A stretch of DNA of 12,271 nt from Candidatus Krumholzibacteriota bacterium (GCA_963806035.1 CAWDWO010000001.1:1-12271), one strand, 5' to 3'. Shown: positions 1 through 9,014, counted from the stretch's first letter. Made by a program: numbers and translations. The notes: generated from the sequence alone by a model not told the origin.

Positions 1-2496
1 CCGCGAGGTGATCAAATCGGGGTCCTCGGGGTCGCCACGTTGCACGGCGGTGCCGGTCATGGAACCACGCATGAAGGTATCTGTCATCTCGTCCACGTGG
101 AGAGTCGCGGTCACCATGCTATCGACCTGGCTGACGCCCCAACTCTCGCCCTGGGACGAGGTGTACCCCATGTTCATCTTCCAGTCCCCCGTGTCGCCGG
201 GTTGAGGGATGATCTTGTCCTCCGTGGAGCCGACACTCGCAGTGAATCCGGCGGGAGATCCCCCGTTGATCCCCTCGGGAATGATGAAGTACCACTGGAT
301 GGCTCCCTCTGTCGGCGAGAATTCGGACACGAGGTAGGCCACGTCGCTTCCCCCCGCACTCCAGGTGCTGTTCCCGCCGACCGCGATGTCGAAGTAGCAC
401 ACACAGGCTCCCACCTGAACGTAGGCGTAACCCATGAGCGGCGGATCTTGGCCGACGACCTCGGCGATGATGACGTCATCAGTCGATCCGATCGGAGGTG
501 AGGTATAGAGTCCGGTGTCCTCGCCGATCTGGCCGTAACCATCCACCGACCACTTGATGACGGGATTCTCCACTCCGGTCACCGCCGCTGAGAACTGGAG
601 CGGCTCATCGTTCCCGATACACTTCGAATGCGGCGTGACGGTGACCTTCTTTCCCTTGACCGAGATGACGGCACCACCCTCGCGCGGATCGCTGTCGACC
701 TTGCCTTCGCGCGCGCCGGTGTTGGCCTGGCTGCGCGCAATGAGCAAAAATGGCGGACTCCAGGGGTTCTCCGGCGTCTCGATGGTAATGGTGTTACCAG
801 CGACCGAACGCGAAATTTCCTGAAGGCCGGCGGGCACGATCCAGTCTACCTGGTCGTCGTTGGCATTGGTGACCGACGCGGTAAAACTTTTCTGTTCTTG
901 CGGATCCATCTGCGCTGCATCGGGCAGAACCGTGACGTCAATACGCAGCACCTTCACCGGCTTCTGTTTGATGGCCGGTGATGCGCCGCCAAAGGTGCCC
1001 GGTTTCGTCTCGAGCCGGATCTCGGAGTTGCCCGGCTCCACGGTCTTGAAGTTAGTGGAATCGACAAACTTGATGGAGGTCCCTACCGGAATGCTCGCTT
1101 TGGCGTAGGTGGGCTCGGAGATGTCGATGTCGGGCCACACCCCGGAACAGATCTCCACGATGTCCGATCCGTTGGTCGCTGCACTGATCGCTTGGGACAC
1201 GGCAGTGTTGATGGCGAAGCCGGTGAGATTCGCCGCCAGTTTGCTCATACCCTCCGTGATGGTGCTGAATCCTCCGAAGTCTTTGAATCCGGCAATGGTT
1301 GCGATGGAATCCAAGATGAACTGGTCCATCTTCCAGCCCTGACTCACCGCGGTCACCTTGAATTTGGCCCAGTGTCCCCCTTCGTCATCCTCGAAGAATT
1401 GGGTCTTGTCCTGGATCTCGAAGTCGGTGGCGCTGTTGTTGAAAGACGAGGGAAGTACCGCGCCAGCCGCCTGATTGATGGCCTTATACACGAAGAGGGC
1501 GCCGCCGACCGCGCCGGCGAGAGGCTCGAGTTCTGGAATCACTCCCATGGCGGACACGAAGGTGCCCAGACCATCCAGGTATTCCCCCGACGCGCCATCG
1601 AGCCGGTTGATCGCGAAGCGCGCGGCCCACATTGCGTCGTCCAATGACGCGGCGTCATTGATCCCGTAGTCGCCGCCCTCGATGCAGCCTTCGGCCGCCG
1701 CGGGTGCAGATGCTTTCTTCATCGAGTTCGTCGTCGTCAGAAAGGAAAGAGGACCGTTGGCTGACACGAAGCTGTCGACGGAGGCGATCTCTTCATTGAA
1801 GAAGCTCTCTCCATCGACGAGCGAGAGCAGACGGTTGGCCAGCTCGAAGTCGATCGTCTGGTTGTCGTGCAGGGGCACCGGGCCATCCACCATCGCGCGC
1901 AGTGAATTGGGATTGGCCGGGTCGTCGAGCAGCTCTTGCGCCACCCACAGAGGAAAAAGTTGGATGGGCATGGTGGCAGGATCCATCGCCCGCAGCGCAG
2001 TGCGGCTCGTACCATAGAGCGCCAGCCACGAGCTGAGAAGATCCTGCAAATGGGTAACCTCTTCCTGAATCGTCACCGAGGCGGTAGGAAGCGCTTGAAT
2101 CGTGAGCGTCACCGTGTTGGAGCTGAGCTCGTCGCCGGCGAGGGTGAGGGCAACCGTTCCGCCCTCAGTCATGTTCGTGGCGTCCGGAAAGAGGGGCACA
2201 ACCACGAAAGGATTGCCCTCTTCGTTGCGCCCGACGTAACTCACGGTCTCGCCGCCCCCTGCCGGATCCTGGGCCCTCGCGTACACGCCGGACAACTCCT
2301 GCGCGGGCAGAATGCCCGTGATAAGAACGCGTTCGGACGGCAGCGCGCTGGATTTGCTCAATCCGATGCTGAGGGTGGTTGGTCCCGTGGCTTCGGGCGT
2401 GGTCGCGCTGTCGCCCCCACAGCTGAGGAGGGCCAGGCCAGTGATGAGTTTGAAGAAAAGGAAAAGCGGGCGGCGAATGGGCGCGCGTGTCTGCAT
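1..2496 (-). CDS. Large predicted lipoprotein (at least 832 aa, runs off the left edge) with Ig-like repeats
   Basis: My manual translation of the minus strand from ATG 2496 finds no stop down to base 1. The N-terminus MQTRAPIRRPLFLFFKLITGLALLSC|GGDSATTPE has a basic n-region, an h-region and a lipobox (LLSC, Cys26). RBS GAGGAG lies 8 nt upstream (2505-2510). Two Ig-like repeats: VTVLPDAAQMDPQEQKSFTASVTNANDDQVDW and VTVTPHSKCIGNDEPLQFSAAVTGVENPVIKWSVDGYGQIGEDTGLYTSP. It is absent from the ORF track because there is no stop in the window. Confidence 0.88.
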   Translation of the reverse strand, partial: MQTRAPIRRPLFLFFKLITGLALLSCGGDSATTPEATGPTTLSIGLSKSSALPSERVLITGILPAQELSGVYARAQDPAGGGETVSYVGRNEEGNPFVVVPLFPDATNMTEGGTVALTLAGDELSSNTVTLTIQALPTASVTIQEEVTHLQDLLSSWLALYGTSRTALRAMDPATMPIQLFPLWVAQELLDDPANPNSLRAMVDGPVPLHDNQTIDFELANRLLSLVDGESFFNEEIASVDSFVSANGPLSFLTTTNSMKKASAPAAAEGCIEGGDYGINDAASLDDAMWAARFAINRLDGASGEYLDGLGTFVSAMGVIPELEPLAGAVGGALFVYKAINQAAGAVLPSSFNNSATDFEIQDKTQFFEDDEGGHWAKFKVTAVSQGWKMDQFILDSIATIAGFKDFGGFSTITEGMSKLAANLTGFAINTAVSQAISAATNGSDIVEICSGVWPDIDISEPTYAKASIPVGTSIKFVDSTNFKTVEPGNSEIRLETKPGTFGGASPAIKQKPVKVLRIDVTVLPDAAQMDPQEQKSFTASVTNANDDQVDWIVPAGLQEISRSVAGNTITIETPENPWSPPFLLIARSQANTGAREGKVDSDPREGGAVISVKGKKVTVTPHSKCIGNDEPLQFSAAVTGVENPVIKWSVDGYGQIGEDTGLYTSPPIGSTDDVIIAEVVGQDPPLMGYAYVQVGACVCYFDIAVGGNSTWSAGGSDVAYLVSEFSPTEGAIQWYFIIPEGINGGSPAGFTASVGSTEDKIIPQPGDTGDWKMNMGYTSSQGESWGVSQVDSMVTATLHVDEMTDTFMRGSMTGTAVQRGDPEDPDLITSR

Positions 2497-2499
2497 GCG

Positions 2500-2548
2500 C
2501 TCGACTCCTCAGCGCTTGTCTACGGAGGGGCTTATCCCGAAGGGCGGC
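2500..2548. repeat. 49-bp direct repeat, copy 1 (contains the lipoprotein RBS)
   Basis: ctcgactcctcagcgcttgtctacggagGggcttatcccgaagggcggc matches 5778-5826 at 48/49 positions (g2528 vs a5806). Confidence 0.97.
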
Positions 2549-2839
2549 CTGCTAAATTATCGCGCAGGAGGGACGGGACGCTGGGGGAAGGTGGGCGTGG
2601 TTCCCCGTAGTGGTGTTGGAATTGATTGGGAGTATAGCATGTTCGAGCTGCAGAAGCCAAGGCGTGGGCTGCCGATCTGGCCGGACATCCCTGCCCTGCG
2701 CAAAGCGTCCCGACCCTGCGGCACAGGGTCACAATTGTGCTCTCGCTCGAATACACAGCAGCAATGCCCCATTGCGGACGGTTGACCGCCCGCAGGAGAT
2801 GGACCTAGTCTGGAGGGACTCGACACACTGGAAGGGCGC

Positions 2840-5758
2840 ATGCTCGGCAAGACGGTCTCCCATTACCGCATCCTCGAAAAGCTCGGCCAGGGCGGGATGG
2901 GTGAAGTCTATTTGGCTGAGGACACGCGCCTCGGCCGCAAGGTCGCCCTGAAGTTCCTGGCACCCGAACTGGCCCGCGACCACGAATCGCTGGTGCGTTT
3001 TCGCAACGAGGCCAGGGCCGCGGCCGAACTCTCCCACCCCAACATCGCGACGCTGCACGACATCGGCGAAACGGACGGCGAGCCATTTCTCGTGCTCGAA
3101 TATCTCAAGGGCCAGTCTCTGCGAGACCGTATCGCTCAGGGACCGCTCTCGATCGACGATGTGATCCACATTGGAAAGGCACTCGCTGCCGGTCTCACGG
3201 AAGCCCACGCGCATGGCATCGTCCACCGTGACATCAAGAGCGCCAACGTGATGCTCACCCGCAAAGGTGGAGTGAAGATTCTCGACTTCGGATTGGCCCG
3301 TCGGGAGGATGCGACGCAGATCACGCGCTCAGGCACGACCCCTGGAACCGTCGCCTACATGAGTCCGGAACAGATTCGAGGGGAAGCAGCCGACCAACGC
3401 AGTGACATCTGGAGTATGGGCGTGGTGTTGTACGAGTGCCTCACCGGAAGGCCGCCCTTCTTCGGCGAAGGCGGCGCCGTCACTCACCAGATCCTCTCGG
3501 CTGACGTGACTCCTCCCACTGCGCTGAGAACCGGAGTTCCGCTGGAGTTGGAGCGGGCGGTGCTGCGCTGTCTGGAAAAAGACGCCGCCCTACGATGCCA
3601 GCACGCGGACGATTTGTTGGCCGAGCTCAAGGTTTTGGAATCTTCCCCCCACCCGAAGTCCGGATCTGCCGCGCCGACGGCGAGCGGGAATTTTTCGTCT
3701 GTGACCGCGCCTGGTAATACACGCCGGGTGCTTCTGATTGCAGTTGTGCTGATCGCTGCCGCCACCTGGATTGGGCTGAAGTTGTGGAGTGTAGGAGAGC
3801 CAGCCCCCGCGCAGCCGCAGGGTGAACCCTCCGTGGCGGTGATCGACTTTCAGGACGCCCCGGGTGACGACGGCCTCAGGACGGGAGCCACGATGACGAG
3901 TTTGGTGCAGGGCGGTCTCATCGAAGCCAGTCCCTGTCGTGTCCTCACCCTCGAATACCTCAAGGACGTGCGTCGCCGCACACTGGGAACGGCCACAGGA
4001 CCCATCCAACCTGAAGAAGCCATGAGAATCGCTCGTGTCGCGGGGGCGTCGATGTTGGTGACGGCCGAGGTCATCCGCATCGGCGATGAGCTGGCCGTGA
4101 GTTGGAGGCTGATGGACACCGCGGGCACGGCTCTGGGAGCGGGGCGTAGTCAGTCGCCGGTACTGTTCGCGGCCGCAGACAGTGCGGTGTTCGGCATCGT
4201 CCCCGCACTAGCCCGTGCCTGCGGGTCGAGTGCTTCTCCGCAGGGTTCCGTGGCTGACCTCACGACGCACTCAGAGGAGGCCTACCGCCACTACTCCCAG
4301 GGGATAGACGCCCTGGACAACGGACGGCACACGGTCGCCAAGCAAGAGCTTCTCGAGGCGGTGGCCGCGGATTCGACCTTCGCCCTGGCCTGGTTCGCCC
4401 TTGCGAGAACGTACGGAGGCACCAGCAGCGCATGGAGTGAAGAGGGAGGCCGCCCGGGCTGCGAAGCGGGGGAGCGGGCCTGGCGTCTTCGCTCGCGGCT
4501 CGGAGTCATGGAGCGCATGTTCCTCGAGGGTTGGCTTGCCCGTGACTGCGGACGTTCAATCGCCAGTGCGATCGCAACCTACCGAGAGATCCACGCACGG
4601 TGGCCGGACAGTCGGGAGGCCACCTACGGCCTGGCCGAAATGCTGACCTGGATCCATCTCAATGGGGACGCTGCGTCCGTCGCAGAGGAAGGGCTCCGAC
4701 TCTATCCCCAGGACCACAAGCTCAAGATCACCCTGGCTGGAGCGCTCTGCCGGACCGGGCGCCTTCAGGAGTCTCTCGCTCTCAGTGAGCAGCTGGCGGC
4801 CGCCTATCCAGAGGACGCTACGAATTGGGAGATCCTCGGTCGGATCAACCTAGGACTGGGGTTGCCCGACGCAGCCGAGAAGGCCTTTCTTCAATCCGTC
4901 GACATCGATCCGGGATGGTCCGGGGCCAGGGAGTTCTGGATTGCTACCTGTGCCGCATATCGCGGTAACGTCGATCAGGCTCTTGCGCGGCTCCGCAACA
5001 TTCCCCCGGCGAGTCCCAAGGGATGGGAACGGTTCTATTTGAGCAGGAACCTCGCGATGCTCCTGTCGGCCTGTGGCCGACGCCGAGATGCTTCGGCAGA
5101 GTTGGCGGTGGCATACTCGCTGTTCGGAAGATACTTCGCCATGAGTGTCTTCGATCTGGTCTACGACTCGCCACCGGATTCACTGCGGGAGCTATACGAG
5201 AAATCGTTGGGGTCCTTGCTGGAGAGACTCGAACACCAATCATCTCGTCAGAGGCAGTTCTTTACACGGTTCCAGATCGCCCGGCTTGACTTGAATCTCG
5301 GCCAATTTCCTGAAGCGGGGGAGCAGATTGCGATCATCGTCCCGATGGTCGACGAGATCTTCGCTCCCAACGCCTACTGGTGGGCGTTTCTAGCCGAATT
5401 TGCGCTTGCCGAGGGGCGGGCGGAAGATGCGTTGGAATGCCTCGACAAGGCCGCCGAACAGCTGGTCTTTTCTGGCGAGGAATACGATGTCACGCTGCGA
5501 GCTATGATCGCCCGAGCCCACACCATGCTGGGGCAGTTCGAGGAGTCACGCCAAGTGCTCACCAGCCTGACGCGCATCTACCCCTGGTACTTCCCCGCGC
5601 TCTATGAACTCGGCCAGGTGTATGAGAACTTGGGACGCCCCGAGGATGCGGCAAAGTCGTACCTTGCGTTTCTGGATGCCTGGTCTGAGGCCGACGAAGA
5701 TCTTCCCCAGTTGAAGGACGCGAGGACGCGGCTGGCGGCAATCCAGAATGGTTCCTAG
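2840..5758 (+). CDS. Hanks-type Ser/Thr protein kinase with a TM helix, a TolB-N-like domain and C-terminal TPR repeats (972 aa)
   Basis: Kinase motifs: LGQGGMGEVY (Gly loop), VALK, HRDIKSAN, DFG, GTVAYMSPEQ, SDIWSMG. Hydrophobic segment VLLIAVVLIAAATWIGLKLW. PSVAVIDF starts a TolB-N-like domain. TPR-like helices include ALYELGQVYENLGRPEDAAKSYLAFL. Confidence 0.96.
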   Translation: MLGKTVSHYRILEKLGQGGMGEVYLAEDTRLGRKVALKFLAPELARDHESLVRFRNEARAAAELSHPNIATLHDIGETDGEPFLVLEYLKGQSLRDRIAQGPLSIDDVIHIGKALAAGLTEAHAHGIVHRDIKSANVMLTRKGGVKILDFGLARREDATQITRSGTTPGTVAYMSPEQIRGEAADQRSDIWSMGVVLYECLTGRPPFFGEGGAVTHQILSADVTPPTALRTGVPLELERAVLRCLEKDAALRCQHADDLLAELKVLESSPHPKSGSAAPTASGNFSSVTAPGNTRRVLLIAVVLIAAATWIGLKLWSVGEPAPAQPQGEPSVAVIDFQDAPGDDGLRTGATMTSLVQGGLIEASPCRVLTLEYLKDVRRRTLGTATGPIQPEEAMRIARVAGASMLVTAEVIRIGDELAVSWRLMDTAGTALGAGRSQSPVLFAAADSAVFGIVPALARACGSSASPQGSVADLTTHSEEAYRHYSQGIDALDNGRHTVAKQELLEAVAADSTFALAWFALARTYGGTSSAWSEEGGRPGCEAGERAWRLRSRLGVMERMFLEGWLARDCGRSIASAIATYREIHARWPDSREATYGLAEMLTWIHLNGDAASVAEEGLRLYPQDHKLKITLAGALCRTGRLQESLALSEQLAAAYPEDATNWEILGRINLGLGLPDAAEKAFLQSVDIDPGWSGAREFWIATCAAYRGNVDQALARLRNIPPASPKGWERFYLSRNLAMLLSACGRRRDASAELAVAYSLFGRYFAMSVFDLVYDSPPDSLRELYEKSLGSLLERLEHQSSRQRQFFTRFQIARLDLNLGQFPEAGEQIAIIVPMVDEIFAPNAYWWAFLAEFALAEGRAEDALECLDKAAEQLVFSGEEYDVTLRAMIARAHTMLGQFEESRQVLTSLTRIYPWYFPALYELGQVYENLGRPEDAAKSYLAFLDAWSEADEDLPQLKDARTRLAAIQNGS

Positions 5759-5777
5759 GAAGCGTTGGAGCCTTTCA

Positions 5778-5826
5778 CTCGACTCCTCAGCGCTTGTCTA
5801 CGGAGAGGCTTATCCCGAAGGGCGGC
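5778..5826. repeat. 49-bp direct repeat, copy 2 (between the convergent stops of the kinase and the 142-aa gene)
   Basis: ctcgactcctcagcgcttgtctacggagAggcttatcccgaagggcggc lies 19 nt after the kinase stop and 9 nt after the stop of the 5836-6264 gene. Confidence 0.97.
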
Positions 5827-5835
5827 GCGATACCG

Positions 5836-6264
5836 TCAGCGGTATTGTGATTTCAGGGTCGACCAACTGCTCTGCTCGTTCGGAATTGCCTCCGTCAGGG
5901 TGTAGGTGACGGATGGGCCATCGGTCATGGAAAGTTCCACCCTGTAGGTGCCCGGTGGGTCCGGATCGTCGCCAGTGTTATGGGTTATGAAAATCGATCC
6001 GCCATTCGGGAAGGGCTCGGTCAAAGGCAAGTGATCACACCAGCTGATGCACTCCCCGGTGTCCACGTTCCAGAAACTGTAGAAAGGATACCAGTCGAAG
6101 AACAGATCCTCGGGACCCGAATTGTGGACCGTGACCTCGACGACTTCGCCGACCACGTAGCTCGGCTTATCGGTGGTCATCGTCACCTCCGCCAGGGCTA
6201 CGCAGGACAAGCAAAGAAGAAGTATGACTGTGATCAGAGCCGCGGGACCAATGGTGAAATGCAT
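5836..6264 (-). CDS. Small secreted protein (142 aa) with an Ig-like/beta-sandwich domain and a C-terminal SSWSTLKSQYR tail
   Basis: GGAGG RBS upstream. Sec signal MHFTIGPAALITVILLLCLSCVALA|E. TDKPSYVVGEVVEVTVHN and PGTYRVEL resemble Ig-like strand motifs. Ends ...IPNEQSSWSTLKSQYR. Confidence 0.85.
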   Translation of the reverse strand: MHFTIGPAALITVILLLCLSCVALAEVTMTTDKPSYVVGEVVEVTVHNSGPEDLFFDWYPFYSFWNVDTGECISWCDHLPLTEPFPNGGSIFITHNTGDDPDPPGTYRVELSMTDGPSVTYTLTEAIPNEQSSWSTLKSQYR

Positions 6265-6365
6265 GACGCTGAACCTCCAGAGTACCTTGCCGGGATCGGA
6301 CCTGGCGAAGATGGCGCCGTACTGATGGACGCCACACTAAGAATAACGTGAAGTTCGGTCCCAAC

Positions 6366-6384
6366 CGGACACGCAATGTGTCCG
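6366..6384. promoter_or_regulatory. Perfect 7-bp inverted repeat CGGACAC-N5-GTGTCCG, a possible operator or hairpin
   Basis: Seen directly, about 100 nt upstream of the 142-aa gene start. No U-tract follows. The function is inferred. Confidence 0.3.
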
Positions 6385-6557
6385 TTCTGCCTCCGAAATT
6401 TTGCTCGTCGGGAAAAGCCGCGGGATCGGCTGTCCTCGTCACGAGATCAATCCGCCGGGCAGCCCGCGTCGTCTCGCCCTACCTTTCATCCTAACTGCAA
6501 GTATCACGGAAAATTGCATAATACTCCGAGACCCTAGCCCGGATGCAGAAGCTCGGC

Positions 6558-8935
6558 TCAAGGCTTGCCTCCTTTGCCGTGCTTCCACTGCCAGTCGCGT
6601 ATCTCAGGCATATCCTCGCCATACTTCGCAATGTATTGCTTGTGTTCGATGAGCTTGTCACGAACTTCCTGCCGGATGTAGGCGGCCAGGTAACCCAGCT
6701 TGGGCACACGGTCGATGACATCCTGCACGAGATGGTAACGGTCGAGATCGTTACGGACCAGCATATCGAAGGGCGTGGTCGTGGTGCCTTCCTCCTTGTA
6801 TCCACGGACATGAATGTCCTTGTGGACTTTCCGGCGGTAGGTCAAGCGATGGATCAGGTAGGGATAGCCATGGTAGGCGAAAATGACCGGCTTATCCGTC
6901 GTGAAGAGTGTATCGAATTCGTAATCCGAGAGGCCGTGAGGATGCTCCTCTTTGGGCTGTAGAGTCATTAGATCGACGACATTGATCACGCGCACTTTCA
7001 GATCGGGAGCATAACCGCGGAGCATATCCACGGCGGCCAGTGTTTCATTGGTCGGAACATTACCCGCGCATGCCATCACGACGTCGGGCTCGGCGCCCTT
7101 GTCGCTGCTGGCCCATCCCCAGATACCGATGCCGCTGGTGCAATGCTTTACGGCCTCGTCCATGTCGAGCCACTGCGGCTCGGGCTGTTTGCCGGCCACG
7201 ATGACGTTGACATAATCACGACTACGTAGGCAGTGATCGGCCACGGACAATAGTGTGTTTGCGTCCGGCGGCAGATAAACACGCACCACGTGGGCTTTCT
7301 TGTTCATCACGAGGTCGATGAACCCGGGATCCTGGTGGCTAAAGCCATTGTGGTCCTGTCGCCAAACATGTGACGTGAGCAGGTAGTTCAACGACGCGAT
7401 CGGGCGTCTCCAGGGAATCTCTTCCTGCGTGACCTTGAGCCACTTGGCGTGTTGATTGAACATCGAATCGACGATGTGAACGAAGGCCTCGTAGCAAGAG
7501 AAGAACCCGTGCCGGCCCGTGAGCAGGTAGCCCTCGAGCCAGCCCTGGCAGGTGTGCTCACTGAGAATCTCCATGACCCTACCGTCCGGTGCCAAGTGAT
7601 CGTCGCAGGGCTCGGTCGGTGCCATCCAGGCACGGTTGGTGACTTCGAACAGTGCGTCAAGACGGTTCGAGGCGGTTTCGTCCGGTCCGAAGACGCGGAA
7701 ATTTCGTTGCTCTCCGTTCAGCTTCATCACGTCGCGAAGGAATTTCCCCAACACACGAGTGGCCTCAGCCCGCACCGCACCAGGCTCCGGCACGTCCACG
7801 GCGTACTCACGGAAATCGGGCATGCGCAACTGCTTGAGGAGCAAGCCCCCGTTTGCGTGCGGATTGGCGCCCATACGCCGCTCTCCTTGCGGCGCCAGGT
7901 CAGCCAACTCTGGCGCCAGCCGGCCCTCTTCGCCGAACAACTCTTGTGGTTTATAACGCTTCATCCACTCCTCGAGCAGCTTCACATGGGCCGGCTTGTC
8001 CGCCATTTGCGCCAGCGGAACCTGGTGAGACCGCCAGCAGCCCTCGGTCTGCTTTCCGTCCACTTCCTTGGGACCGGTCCAACCCTTCGGACTGCGCAAA
8101 ACGATCATAGGCCAGCGCGGGCGCATCGCCCGGCCCTTCGCGCGCGCCTCGTGCTGAATGTTCTTGATCTCGGCAATTGCCTTGTCGAGCGTTTCAGCCA
8201 TCGACTGGTGCATGGCTTCGGGCTCAGAACCTTCCACGAAATATGGCTTGTAGCCGTATCCTCCATCAGTTTGCTGAGTTCCTCGCCGCTAATTCTGGCC
8301 AACACTGTCGGGTTGGCGATCTTGTAACCGTTCAGATGCAGGATCGGCAGCACCGCCCCGTCACGGACGGGATTGAGAAACTTGTTCGAGTGCCAGGCTG
8401 TGGCCAGCGGGCCGGTTTCGGCTTCGCCGTCGCCGATGACACAGGCAACGATCAAGTCCGGATTATCGAAAGCCGCGCCGTAAGCGTGCGCGAGAGAGTA
8501 ACCCAGTTCCCCGCCTTCGTTGATCGAGCCCGGAGTCTGAGGAGCGTCGTGGCTCGGAATGCCGCCCGGAAAGGAAAACTGCTTGAACAGCCTTCTCATC
8601 CCGGCTTCATCCTGGCTGATATCCGGATAGAACTCGCTGTACGTCCCCTCCAAGTAGGTGTTGGCCACCATAGCGGGGCCGCCGTGTCCCGGCCCGCAGA
8701 TGAAGATGAGGTTGAGATCCCGCTCTTTGATGACTCGATTCAGATGAACGTAGATAAAATTGAGCCCCGGCGTGGTTCCCCAATGTCCGAGCAGGCGGGG
8801 TTTGATGTGCTCGATCTTGAGTGGCTCTTTCAGTAGCGGGTTGTCGAGCAGGTAAATCTGCCCGACGGACAGGTAGTTGGCGGCTTCCCAATAGCGCTGC
8901 ATTTTCCCGAGAGCGTCTTTCGGTAATCTTGCCAT
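6558..8935 (-). pseudogene. xfp: Xylulose-5-phosphate/fructose-6-phosphate phosphoketolase split by a 1-nt frameshift near 8260 (pseudogene or sequence error)
   Basis: The N-half starts at ATG 8935 (RBS AAGGGG) and has [35 protein letters not shown] and the TPP motif GDGEAETG...LHLNGYKI. The C-half has [33 protein letters not shown] and [15 protein letters not shown]. The span is 2378 nt. Adding one base restores ...[18 protein letters not shown]... and a 792-aa protein. Confidence 0.93.
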
Positions 8936-9014
8936 GACACCCCTTTCATGTCGCAGTCGTGCAGAGGAATTCTCGACCACTCGTCTGACTAGCACATCGC
9001 GCCGCATGGGGCGC

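Noticed and set aside
8..2785. Many plus-strand and short minus-strand ORFs in the track over 1-2785
   Set aside because: They are shadow frames of the real minus-strand lipoprotein gene, typical of GC-rich DNA, with no recognisable motifs.
2639..2785. 48-codon plus-strand ORF MFELQKPRRG... preceded by GGGAG
   Set aside because: It has no recognisable features and overlaps the dyad-rich intergenic region, so I cannot support it without homologs.
5752..5761. Palindrome TTCCTAGGAA over the kinase stop as a terminator
   Set aside because: It has no loop or U-tract and is too short to call.
2500..5826. 49-bp repeats as a CRISPR array, integron attC sites or tRNA-derived att sites
   Set aside because: There are only two copies, 3.2 kb apart. 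They have no RYYYAAC/GTTRRRY ends or long attC dyad, no tRNA T-arm (GTTCRA) or CCA, and no cas or intI gene lies in the window.
6302..6317. Sigma54-like CTGGC-N-GC spacing on the plus strand
   Set aside because: It lacks the TTGC -12 element and points toward no gene.
6262..6320. Possible degenerate third copy of the 49-bp repeat upstream of the 142-aa gene (cttcg...caag...ggag...agcg.cATG)
   Set aside because: Only short scattered matches needing several gaps, largely explained by the RBS and GC content.
8245..8290. Programmed -1 ribosomal frameshift in xfp
   Set aside because: No slippery heptamer or long homopolymer is present, and I know of no recoding in this family.
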